DNA from: an uncultured Lachnospiraceae bacterium
Lineage (GTDB): Bacteria; Bacillota; Clostridia; Lachnospirales; Lachnospiraceae
DNA length: 61,493 nt
Assembly: GCA_946631165.1 (NCBI GenBank)
Contig: CAMOZZ010000001.1
Span: forward strand, 1-61,493
Direction of reading: 5' to 3'
The stretch's first letter is position 1. Each line of letters opens with the position of its first letter. The translations under genes and the position numbers were made by a program. Under the pieces are notes generated by a model that was not told the DNA's origin, did not search any database, and saw only the letters and a program-made list of their open reading frames with translations. Shown here one piece after another: positions 7,974 through 16,625 of the stretch.

Positions 7974-9374
7974 ATGGATGATGACAGATATTACGACGAT
8001 TATTATGAAGACCGCCGGCAGCGGGGCCGGAGGAGAAGGCGCGGAAACGGTTTTTTCCGGCTGGTCATCCTGCTGCTTATTCTCGCGGTGTGCATTTATA
8101 AAAAGGAAGCGCTGATCACCGGTTTCGGGACATTGTCGGAAAGCGTGAAAGGGCTCCTTTCCGGGGATAATGAAATAATCCCGGAGGAAATGCTTTCACT
8201 CGATGATCTGAAAGAGAAAGTAACCGGCGGACAGACGGAGGGAGATCCCGGCGCGGGAGAAACGGACAATGCCGCTGCCGGCCGGGATGAGGAAGATCGC
8301 GCTGCAGAGCAAAGCGCTGCCGATGAGGAGACTTCGCCTGCAGAGGAGATATTCTCCTCCGATGTGTATTATTATTACCGGAATATGCAGGAGGAGGACC
8401 GGAAGATTTACCGGCAGCTTTATGCCGGCGTAATGGATATGGAGCAGGATATTACATTCTCTTCGCTGACAGATTATGACCGCCTGTACAGAATAGAATC
8501 GCTTGTCATTGCCGACCATCCGGAGATCTTCTGGTATGAAGGCGCCGGCACCTATACCCAGTATACGACGAAGCTGGTGCTGCATCCTGACTATACGATC
8601 AGCACAGAGGAACGGAAAAACAGGGAAGAAAAGATCGCTGCAGCTGTGCAGGAATTTAAATCCAGGATCGGCGCGGATGAGACAGCCTACGAACAGGTCG
8701 CCACGGCATTCAATTATATTGCGGGGAACTGCAAATATGTCGAAGGCGCGCCGGATGACCAGAATATCTGCAGCTCGCTCATTTATCATGAGAGTGTCTG
8801 TGCGGGCTACGCCAGGGGCGTGCAGTATCTGCTGCAGCAGCTCGGGATCGAGTGCCTTTACGTCTGGGGGACGATCACGGAACGCGGGGATCATGCATGG
8901 AATATCGTGAATATAGACGGTACGTATTATCATTCGGATCCCACCTTCGGAGACCGCTCTTTCAGCGACGGAACGGAAGTGGAAAATATGCCGGAAGCAC
9001 TCGCCATGGAATACGGTTATCTCTGCATGAATGATGAGGAAGCGCTCAGGGACAGGGTGGTCAGTGCCGAGCTTGGCGGATGGGCGTCTCTTCCTGTTTG
9101 CAGTTCGACGGAGATGTCCTATTACCACAGGCACGGATGGTATTATCCGGAATATGCGGAGGCTGTATGGGATGAACTGTCCCATGAACTCGGTGAAGGA
9201 CAGCGGTTCTTCAGGGTGCAGTTCGGTACGGAAGAAGCCATGCAGCAGTTCCTGGATGAACTCAGTGAGAACAGATATGCGAAAATGGCCCTGGAGAAAC
9301 TGTCGCTGTCAGAGGTGCGGACTTACACCAGCCCGAACAGTACGCTGCGGGTGGTGGTGGGATGGATCGCATAG
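7974..9374 (+). CDS. Membrane-anchored transglutaminase-like cysteine peptidase domain protein
   Basis: From N to C terminus: a charged tail ('DDDRYYDDYYEDRRQRGRRRRRG'), one TM segment, an acidic linker, and a transglutaminase core Cys/His/Asp ('SVCAGYARG', 'GDHAWNIV', 'YHSDPT'). I chose the ATG at 7974. Confidence 0.7.
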   Translation: MDDDRYYDDYYEDRRQRGRRRRRGNGFFRLVILLLILAVCIYKKEALITGFGTLSESVKGLLSGDNEIIPEEMLSLDDLKEKVTGGQTEGDPGAGETDNAAAGRDEEDRAAEQSAADEETSPAEEIFSSDVYYYYRNMQEEDRKIYRQLYAGVMDMEQDITFSSLTDYDRLYRIESLVIADHPEIFWYEGAGTYTQYTTKLVLHPDYTISTEERKNREEKIAAAVQEFKSRIGADETAYEQVATAFNYIAGNCKYVEGAPDDQNICSSLIYHESVCAGYARGVQYLLQQLGIECLYVWGTITERGDHAWNIVNIDGTYYHSDPTFGDRSFSDGTEVENMPEALAMEYGYLCMNDEEALRDRVVSAELGGWASLPVCSSTEMSYYHRHGWYYPEYAEAVWDELSHELGEGQRFFRVQFGTEEAMQQFLDELSENRYAKMALEKLSLSEVRTYTSPNSTLRVVVGWIA

Positions 9375-9386
9375 CAAAGATACCGG

Positions 9387-9462
9387 GGCAGACAAAAGGG
9401 ACGGTTCTCCTGACTCGTTTTTTGAAAAAAGCGAGCCGGGAGAACCGTCCCTTTTGTCTGCC
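9387..9462. terminator. Long palindrome / bidirectional terminator between convergent genes
   Basis: Perfect 24-nt arms GGCAGACAAAAGGGACGGTTCTCC (9387-9410) and GGAGAACCGTCCCTTTTGTCTGCC (9439-9462). The centre is partly self-complementary and T/A-rich. The element fills nearly the whole gap between the two stop codons. Confidence 0.7.
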
Positions 9463-10626
9463 TCAGTGCAGTATCCCGCTGGCGTCAACAGCAGCCAGCA
9501 TTTCTTTGATCTTTTCCGGCGGGAGCACCAGCGCGAACCGCACATACCCTTCGCCATGCGGCCCGAAACTGCTGCCAGGCGTACAAAGTACGCCTGCCCT
9601 GTCGAGCAGATCCATGCAGAAATCCATGCTTTTTGTGTAGGACGCCGGAATCGGTGCCCAGACGAACATGCTGCCTTCCGCGTCCGGGATATTCCAGCCG
9701 ATCGCCCTGGCGCCGCGGCACAGCGCGTCTCTTCGGGCTTCATAATCCGCCTGCTGTTCTTTTACGGTATCGAGCGGACCGTTCAGCGCGGCGACAGCTG
9801 CTTTCTGGATCGGGATGAACATGCCGAAATCGATCTGGCTCCGCAGCAGTCGTACCGCCTCCACCACATCTTTTCTGCCGATCAGGAAGCTGATCCTGGC
9901 GCCGGTCACATTAAAGGACTTGGAAAGACTGAAGAATTCCACGCCGACATCGATCGCGCCGGGCGTGTTGAAAAAGCTGTTCCCGGTCTTACCGCTGAAA
10001 ATGATGTCGCTGTAGGCATTGTCATGCACGATCAGGACATCGTATTTTTTTGCCCAGGCAACGAGTTCTTCATAGAAAGAAGCCGGCGCGGTCGAACCGA
10101 CCGGATTGGCCGGGAAGTTCACGATCATGAAAGCCGCATGCCGGGCGACCTCTTCCGGGATCGCCGCAAGATCCGGCAGGAAATCATTTTCCTTCGTGAG
10201 CGGATAGTACCACGGCTCAGCCTCTGCCAGAAAGGCGCCGGCCTGGAAAACAGGATAGCACGGATCGGGCAGCAGGACTGTGTCCCCGGGGTCACACAGC
10301 GCCAGTGCGAGATGTCCGACACCTTCCTGCGTGCCGTAACAGCTCATGATCTGATCGGGCTGTATTGCCACGTTGAATCTGCGTTTATAATAGGCGCATA
10401 CCGCGTCCAGCAGCTCGGGCAGGTCCCGTAAGGAGTATTTCCATGAGTCCGGATCTTCTGCACTTTCTGCGAGCGCGCGGACAATGTGTGCAGGGGGAAC
10501 GAAATCGGGCGTTCCCACGCTCATATTGTATACTTTCCTCCCGCGTTTTTCGATCTCCAGTTTTTTGTTGTTAAGCGAAGCGAATATCTCATCGCCGAAG
10601 CGGTCCAGTCGTCTTGCAAAATGCAT
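9463..10626 (-). CDS. Pyridoxal-phosphate-dependent aminotransferase, class I/II
   Basis: The PLP-lysine motif 'FFSLSKSFNVTGARI' and the N-terminal 'VGTPDFVPP' segment are present, along with an AAGGAGA RBS. Substrate specificity is not assignable. Confidence 0.88.
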   Translation of the reverse strand: MHFARRLDRFGDEIFASLNNKKLEIEKRGRKVYNMSVGTPDFVPPAHIVRALAESAEDPDSWKYSLRDLPELLDAVCAYYKRRFNVAIQPDQIMSCYGTQEGVGHLALALCDPGDTVLLPDPCYPVFQAGAFLAEAEPWYYPLTKENDFLPDLAAIPEEVARHAAFMIVNFPANPVGSTAPASFYEELVAWAKKYDVLIVHDNAYSDIIFSGKTGNSFFNTPGAIDVGVEFFSLSKSFNVTGARISFLIGRKDVVEAVRLLRSQIDFGMFIPIQKAAVAALNGPLDTVKEQQADYEARRDALCRGARAIGWNIPDAEGSMFVWAPIPASYTKSMDFCMDLLDRAGVLCTPGSSFGPHGEGYVRFALVLPPEKIKEMLAAVDASGILH

Positions 10627-10754
10627 AGGGGTCTCCTTCGTTCACAAAAATTCCGTTCCGGGAACGTTCATACGGTTTTTGATTATAGCCGATATCGGAA
10701 AGGATTTCCATAAAAGAAATCGATGATTTCAGGATTTGTACGATGATCAGGCCG

Positions 10755-10783
10755 TAAAAAAGCCTGCCGGGATGCGGCAGGCT
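10755..10783 (-). terminator. Rho-independent terminator of the SDR gene
   Basis: Perfect 9-bp stem AGCCTGCCG/CGGCAGGCT with a 5-nt loop, followed by TTTTT on the minus strand, 27 nt after the stop. Confidence 0.75.
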
Positions 10784-10809
10784 GATAAATTGCTGTTCAG
10801 GAACGGCTG

Positions 10810-11586
10810 TCAGATGCAGGTATAGCCGCCGTCTACCGGCAGTGCGATGCCCGTGACATAGGAAGAATGCTTGGAAGCCAGGAAAACAACGCTGGTATCC
10901 AGTTCGCCTTCCTCGCCGTATCTTTCCATGGGGATCGTGTCTTTTGCATGCTGTACGAAGAAATCGCTCTTCAGGGTAGCCTCTGTAAGAGGGGTGTAGA
11001 AATAGCCGGGGCAGATGGCATTTACCGTGATCCCGTGGATCGCCCATTCAGCGGCCAGCGCTCTGGTAAGGTTGACGACGCCGCCCTTGGCTGCATGGTA
11101 AGGCGCGGAACCGGCGATCTTGTTTCCTACAAGACCATACATGGAGGAAATATTGATGATACGGCCGTAATTCGCGGGGATCATGGCCTGATTGGCGACA
11201 GCGCGGGCGAACTTGAAGGTACCGAACAGGTCGATATCGAACTCATTCTGGAACTGTTCGTCGGTGATATTCTCGGCATGGGCAACAGCACCTGTGCCGG
11301 CATTGTTTACAAGGATCTCAACACTTCCGAAACGCTCGATCGCCTTGTGAACGGTCTCCTCGATCTGCTGTGTATCGGTAATATCGCACTGGATGGGCAT
11401 AGCCTGTACGCCGTGCTTTTCTTCGATTTCTTTGCATACTTCCTGCAGTTTGTCAAGACGGCGGGCGATGGCTACGATATTGCAGCCCTGGTTCGCGAGC
11501 GCGTTTGCCATCTGAACGCCGAGTCCTGTGGAGCATCCGGTAACGATTGCTGTCTGGCCTTTGATCTCAAAAATTCTCTTAAACAT
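10810..11586 (-). CDS. SDR family oxidoreductase (gluconate/ketoacyl reductase-like)
   Basis: 'TGCSTGLG' (TGxxxGxG) and 'YHAAKGG' (YxxxK) are present. I prefer the ATG at 11586, which lies 6 nt after a GAGG, over the GTG at 11598. Confidence 0.88.
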   Translation of the reverse strand: MFKRIFEIKGQTAIVTGCSTGLGVQMANALANQGCNIVAIARRLDKLQEVCKEIEEKHGVQAMPIQCDITDTQQIEETVHKAIERFGSVEILVNNAGTGAVAHAENITDEQFQNEFDIDLFGTFKFARAVANQAMIPANYGRIINISSMYGLVGNKIAGSAPYHAAKGGVVNLTRALAAEWAIHGITVNAICPGYFYTPLTEATLKSDFFVQHAKDTIPMERYGEEGELDTSVVFLASKHSSYVTGIALPVDGGYTCI

Positions 11587-11848
11587 AAATAACCTCACTT
11601 GTGTTGTACAGATACTATAAGTTAACCACGACTAATTCTACACGATTTCTTCATAATGTCAAGTAATTAACGACAAATAATTCACTATATCTTATTTAAA
11701 TTCATAATATAGAAATTTTGTATTTGTATAATTCTGCAATCGGCAATACCGGGTGATGCGGCAGATCCGTATTTCCTGCTTGCAGTGAATAAGACAAATA
11801 GAATACAATAGAAACCGTAAAACAGATACTGTTCAACATTGTAAGGAG

Positions 11849-11974
11849 ATGGAAAGGAAGCGCCGGATCTGCTGTTCCCTGACATCTCCGCAGATTCGGA
11901 AAGCAGGCAGATCCCTTTGCCGGGAGAATGAATTCGGTTGTCTGAAAAGTGGGCAGGAGGATAAAGGAGAATGA
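11849..11974 (+). other. Candidate 41-codon upstream ORF ending in an ATGA overlap with the GH2 start
   Basis: The ORF from ATG 11849 to TGA 11972-11974 encodes 'MERKRRICCSLTSPQIRKAGRSLCRENEFGCLKSGQEDKGE'. Its stop overlaps the GH2 ATG at 11971. AAGGAG abuts the ATG with zero spacing, which argues against efficient initiation. Confidence 0.2.
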
Positions 11975-14346
11975 ATAAACTGGATTTCAATCGTGGATGG
12001 ACAGTCAGAAAAGACGGCAGTGATGCGGTAAGGCATGTTGATCTGCCGGACGATGCGATGCTCTATGAAAAGCGGGACCGTGATTCGTCTGCCTCAGGCG
12101 CCTGCGGGTATTTTTACGGCGGAAAATACATCTATGAAAAAGAATGGATGGTTCCGGAAGACTGGAAGGGCGGACATATCGTACTGGAGTGTGAAGGCGT
12201 CTATAAGAATGCCTCTGTGATCCTGAACGGGGAAACACTCGCATTTCGTCCGTACGGATATACTGATTTTTATGTTGACCTGAGTGCCGGTCTCCGTTTT
12301 GGGGAAATGAACCATCTCACCATCATTGCGGACAATTCCGAAACGCCGAATTCCCGCTGGTATTCCGGCAGCGGCATATACCGCGAAGTGCATCTTCATG
12401 TCGGCGGCGCGGATTATATCGATCCGCAGGGGATCCGAATTGATGTCGCAGGCGGTTCGGAAGTAACGGTAACAGTAAACGGGCAGTTCGGAGCGGACTG
12501 TGAAGTGGTCTGCGAGATTCTTTATGGAAATCAGCGCATTGATTCCGGAAAAGGAGCCGTGCAGCATTTCAGCATCTCCGATCCGCATCTCTGGGATGCG
12601 GATCATCCGGCTCTCTACAGATGCTGTGTACGGCTGGAACGGGACGGACAGGTGCTTGATGAAGCGGACACCGCTTTCGGCCTGCGTACCCTTGTATGGG
12701 GCGCCGGGGGACTGCGCGTGAACGGAAAAGAAGTCCTTCTCCGCGGCGCATGCATCCATCACGATAACGGTATTCTGGGCGCCTGCGCTTTCCGCGCGGC
12801 GGAGTACAGAAGGATCCGTATTCTGAAAGAAGCAGGTTTTAATGCGATCCGCAGCGCCCACAATCCGGTATCGAAAGCGATGCTGGATGCCTGTGATGAG
12901 CTGGGAATGTATGTGATGGATGAAACCTTCGATATGTGGGAAATCCAGAAGAATCCCCATGACTACGGCGGGGATACTTTCCGTGAATGGTGGAAACGGG
13001 ATACGGAGGCCATGATCACGAAAGACCGCAATCATCCTTCTGTGATCATGTATTCGATCGGCAACGAGATATCTGATCTCGGGCTTGAGCGCGGACAGGA
13101 ACTGTGCCGGGAGATGACGGAATTCGTTCATTCCATCGACGGTGCAAGACCCGTAACAATGGGCGTTAATCTAATGCTGGCCTTCCTGACCGGAATGGGC
13201 AAAGGCATTTACGGGGAAGAAAAAGAAACCGGGTCACAGACTATGGATTCCGCTCCGACAAGCACATTCTTCAATCTGATGATGAATAAGATGGGAGACG
13301 GGATGGATCTGGTGTCATCGCTGCCGCCGGCTGACAAAGTCGCCGCAGCCGTGTCCCCGATCCTCGATATCGCGGGGTACAATTATGCGACCTCCCGTTA
13401 CAGGAAGGAAGCGAAACGATCTCCCTCAAAAGCGTTCGCGGGGTCTGAGACCCTTCCGAAATCGCTCTGGAAGAACTGGCAGCTTGTAAAAGCCATTCCC
13501 AATCTGATCGGTGATTTTATGTGGACAGGCTGGGATTATCTGGGAGAGTCCGGTATCGGTACCGTCACCTATAAGGATAAAAAGACAAAGAAAGATGTGG
13601 ATGACGGCCTGATCATTTCCGGCGGCCCGGGCGTGATCGACATCTGCGGAAAACCGCGTGCGGAAGTCGGCTGGAACAAAGCAGTGTGGGATCTTTCGGA
13701 TACACCGGTCATCGGGGTCGATCCGGTCAGTCATGCAGATGATTTCCGGGCCGTGTCGATGTGGCGGAATACGGATGCTGTGGAAAGCTGGTCCTGGAAG
13801 GGATTCGCAGGGAAAAAGACGAATGTGACGGTTTACAGCAATGCGGCTGCCGTGGAATTGTTCGTGAACGGAAAGAGTAAAGGAAAGAAGCGCGTGAAAG
13901 CATGCAAAGCGGTCTTTAAGGGAATAACCTATAAGCCCGGAAAGATCGAGGCGGCTGCTTTCGATCAGAACGGACATGAGATCTCCCGCAGCGCGCTGCA
14001 GACAGCCAGGGGAAAGACCGTGATCACGCTGCGGCCGGAGAAAACCATTCTGGCGGCAGACGGGCAGGACCTGTGCTTTCTGAATATTGATCTGACAGGA
14101 CAGGACGGGATCACGCGCTCTTCCTGTGATCAGGCGCTGACCGTGAAAGTGGAAGGTCCTGGCTGTCTGCAGGCGTTCGGTTCCGCCAGACCGAATATGG
14201 TGGAAGATTTTATCAGTGATACACATACCACGTTTTACGGAAAAGCACTTGCAGTGATCCGCGCAGGTTATGAACCGGGAGAGGTCACCGTGACGGTAAG
14301 CGGAGAAGGCCTGAAAGAGAAGAAGATAAAGGTAAAGGTGGGATAA
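11971..14346 (+). CDS. Glycoside hydrolase family 2 (beta-galactosidase/beta-glucuronidase-type)
   Basis: The N-terminal 'FNRGW' sugar-binding start, the acid/base motif 'NHPSVIMYSIGNE' and a later 'WDYLGESG' segment are present. The start has a GGAGGATAAAGGAGA RBS. Specificity is not assignable. Confidence 0.85.
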   Translation: MNKLDFNRGWTVRKDGSDAVRHVDLPDDAMLYEKRDRDSSASGACGYFYGGKYIYEKEWMVPEDWKGGHIVLECEGVYKNASVILNGETLAFRPYGYTDFYVDLSAGLRFGEMNHLTIIADNSETPNSRWYSGSGIYREVHLHVGGADYIDPQGIRIDVAGGSEVTVTVNGQFGADCEVVCEILYGNQRIDSGKGAVQHFSISDPHLWDADHPALYRCCVRLERDGQVLDEADTAFGLRTLVWGAGGLRVNGKEVLLRGACIHHDNGILGACAFRAAEYRRIRILKEAGFNAIRSAHNPVSKAMLDACDELGMYVMDETFDMWEIQKNPHDYGGDTFREWWKRDTEAMITKDRNHPSVIMYSIGNEISDLGLERGQELCREMTEFVHSIDGARPVTMGVNLMLAFLTGMGKGIYGEEKETGSQTMDSAPTSTFFNLMMNKMGDGMDLVSSLPPADKVAAAVSPILDIAGYNYATSRYRKEAKRSPSKAFAGSETLPKSLWKNWQLVKAIPNLIGDFMWTGWDYLGESGIGTVTYKDKKTKKDVDDGLIISGGPGVIDICGKPRAEVGWNKAVWDLSDTPVIGVDPVSHADDFRAVSMWRNTDAVESWSWKGFAGKKTNVTVYSNAAAVELFVNGKSKGKKRVKACKAVFKGITYKPGKIEAAAFDQNGHEISRSALQTARGKTVITLRPEKTILAADGQDLCFLNIDLTGQDGITRSSCDQALTVKVEGPGCLQAFGSARPNMVEDFISDTHTTFYGKALAVIRAGYEPGEVTVTVSGEGLKEKKIKVKVG

Positions 14347-14394
14347 CGGCGCAGCACGAAGCAGGATTGCTGCTGTTTCAGAGAGAAAAGAGCT

Positions 14395-16572
14395 ATGGAC
14401 AGACCGGATTTTAAGGCGATCGGGAGAATGATCTCCGAAATACGAAAAACAGAAACAGCCTATGAACTCATTTTTTCGGGAACGGATAAACTTGAGGATG
14501 ACGTGAAGAATGCCTGCCTGGTAATGCTGAAGGCGTCCGCCGCAGATTCGCTGAAAGAGATCCCGGTCAGTGAACTGAAAAGTTCGAAGGCCGGTATCCG
14601 GACAGCGCTTCTGGAAGACGCGGGATATCATACGCTTTATGATCTTTACAAAGCAGAGGATCATATGCTCAGGGGAATCTCCGGGATCGGGGAAAAACAG
14701 GCGGAGGCGATCCGGACGGTGACGGACGGATTCCTGATGACGCTCGCCGGCAGAGGGACGATCCTTCAGGATCCCGAAAACGGCGGTCCGGCAGATCTTG
14801 ATCTGCTGGTGAAGACGGCAAAATTCAGACAGGCCGGGATAATCCGCCGGGATGCGGAAAGCTTCCGGGAGCAGATCCACCAGCTGGCGGAGGAAAGGAT
14901 ATCCGCGGTGAAGATCAGAAATTCCTTCCGCTGGTTCTTTTCGTCTGCCGCGAAAAAGGAAGAGACCGCCCTGGCAGCGGAAGATCTGGCAGGGTTTTTC
15001 CGGGATCCGCTGTTTATCCGGATGCAGAATCTGCTGACCGCTTTTGCCGCTGTGCTGAAGACGGACCGGCAGGAAGCCCTGCGTGATTACGAGAAGAACG
15101 GCGCAGCTTATTATGCGCTGTTTGAGAAGTATTCCGGTACCGGCGCTTCGGAGGAACTGGTCTACAGCAGCATTCCCGCACAGCTGGCAGCTGAAATCAA
15201 TGCAGAAGAACTGCATGCCGATCGGTTCAACGGAACGCTGAGAGCCTATCAGGAGTTCGGCGCAAAGTATATCCTGCACCAGAAAAGAGTGCTGCTGGGG
15301 GATGAAATGGGACTCGGAAAGACGATCCAGGCGATCGCCGCCATGACGCATATTGATTCGCAGGAGCCCGGAAGCCATTTTCTGATCGTCTGTCCGGCGT
15401 CTGTCATGATCAACTGGTGCCGGGAAACGGAGAAGTTCAGCAGCGTGAAACCGTACCTGGTCCATGGACAGGAATGGGAAAACCGGTTTTTGGAATGGAA
15501 AGAGAACGGCGGCGCCGCGGTCACCAGCTTTGAGGGTATGGCGAAGATTGCAAGGCGCATAAACAATGCCATGAAGCTGGCGCTCCTCGTGATCGATGAA
15601 GCGCACTATATTAAGAACCCGGAAGCGCAGCGCACAAAAAACATCCATATGCTGGAGGACGAATCCGAGCGGATCCTGCTGATGACGGGTACACCGCTCG
15701 AAAACCGTGTCGATGAGATGTGCGAACTGATCGGCTTTGTGCGTCCGGATCTGAAAGAGGAAGTCCGGACGAATGCCGGGCTCCGGAATGTGCCTGCATT
15801 CCGGCAGATGCTCGCGCCGGTCTACTTAAGAAGACTCCGGGAAGATGTCCTGAAGGAACTGCCGCCGCTGACGGAACAGGAAGAATGGTGCGCCATGACG
15901 GAGGCGGATACAGCCGCCTATCTGACAGAGGTGTCTGCCGGGAACTTCATGGGCATGCGGAGAGTTTCTTTCCTGCAGGAAGATCTGTCCGGGTCCGGAA
16001 AAGCGCGCAGACTGTCGGAGCTATGCGGGATGCTGTGCGACGAGGGGAGAAAGGCTGTTGTCTATTCCTATTTCCGGGAGACGGTCAGAAAAGTCTCGGT
16101 ACTGCTGGCGGAATATTCTGCCGGCGTGATCACCGGCAGTACGCCTGCTGCGGAGCGCCAGCTGATCATTGACAGATTTTCCGATGCAGAGGAAGGCTGT
16201 ATCCTTGTCTGCCAGATCCAGGCAGGGGGCACGGGACTGAATATTCAGGCGGCCTCAGCCGTTCTGTTCTGTGAACCGCAGATCAAGCCGTCGCTTACAA
16301 AACAGGCGCTCTCCAGGGTATACAGGATGGGACAGGTGCACAATGTCCTCGTCTGCCATCTGCTCTCTCCGGATTCGGTCGATGAAGCGGTCGTGAATAT
16401 CCTGAAGGAGAAAGAGGGCGAGTTCGATCTTTTCGCAGACGAATCCGTGATCGCAGACGCAGCCGACAATCTGGCTGATGCCGAATGGATCCGGAAAGTC
16501 GTGGAACAGGAAAAACAGAAATATCTGCCTGCCGTGATCGTACCGGCACAGGATCAGCCGGTACGGGAATGA
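14395..16572 (+). CDS. SNF2-family helicase/translocase with an N-terminal helix-hairpin-helix region
   Basis: Motif I 'DEMGLGKT', motif II 'VIDEAHYIKN', motif III 'LMTGTPLENR' and motifs V-VI 'AGGTGLNIQAASAV...RVYRMGQ' are all present. The N-terminal region carries an HhH-like 'LRGISGIGEKQAEAI'. Confidence 0.88.
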   Translation: MDRPDFKAIGRMISEIRKTETAYELIFSGTDKLEDDVKNACLVMLKASAADSLKEIPVSELKSSKAGIRTALLEDAGYHTLYDLYKAEDHMLRGISGIGEKQAEAIRTVTDGFLMTLAGRGTILQDPENGGPADLDLLVKTAKFRQAGIIRRDAESFREQIHQLAEERISAVKIRNSFRWFFSSAAKKEETALAAEDLAGFFRDPLFIRMQNLLTAFAAVLKTDRQEALRDYEKNGAAYYALFEKYSGTGASEELVYSSIPAQLAAEINAEELHADRFNGTLRAYQEFGAKYILHQKRVLLGDEMGLGKTIQAIAAMTHIDSQEPGSHFLIVCPASVMINWCRETEKFSSVKPYLVHGQEWENRFLEWKENGGAAVTSFEGMAKIARRINNAMKLALLVIDEAHYIKNPEAQRTKNIHMLEDESERILLMTGTPLENRVDEMCELIGFVRPDLKEEVRTNAGLRNVPAFRQMLAPVYLRRLREDVLKELPPLTEQEEWCAMTEADTAAYLTEVSAGNFMGMRRVSFLQEDLSGSGKARRLSELCGMLCDEGRKAVVYSYFRETVRKVSVLLAEYSAGVITGSTPAAERQLIIDRFSDAEEGCILVCQIQAGGTGLNIQAASAVLFCEPQIKPSLTKQALSRVYRMGQVHNVLVCHLLSPDSVDEAVVNILKEKEGEFDLFADESVIADAADNLADAEWIRKVVEQEKQKYLPAVIVPAQDQPVRE

Positions 16573-16580
16573 CAGGACAG

Positions 16581-16611
16581 CGCGGCAGGAAAGGGATGAT
16601 TTCCTGCCGCG
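16581..16611. terminator. Hairpin between convergent genes (weak U-tract)
   Basis: 12-bp stem CGCGGCAGGAAA/TTTCCTGCCGCG with a 7-nt loop. Confidence 0.45.
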
Positions 16612-16625
16612 TTCTCATTCCGGGA

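Noticed and set aside
13426-15648. A 740-aa minus-strand ORF spanning the GH2 3' end, the intergenic gap and the first half of the SNF2 gene.
   Set aside because: It lies antisense to two genes that each show complete family motif sets. The product is R/P/G/L/H-rich with no recognisable motif or RBS. Long stop-free antisense frames are expected in GC-rich genes with strong codon bias.
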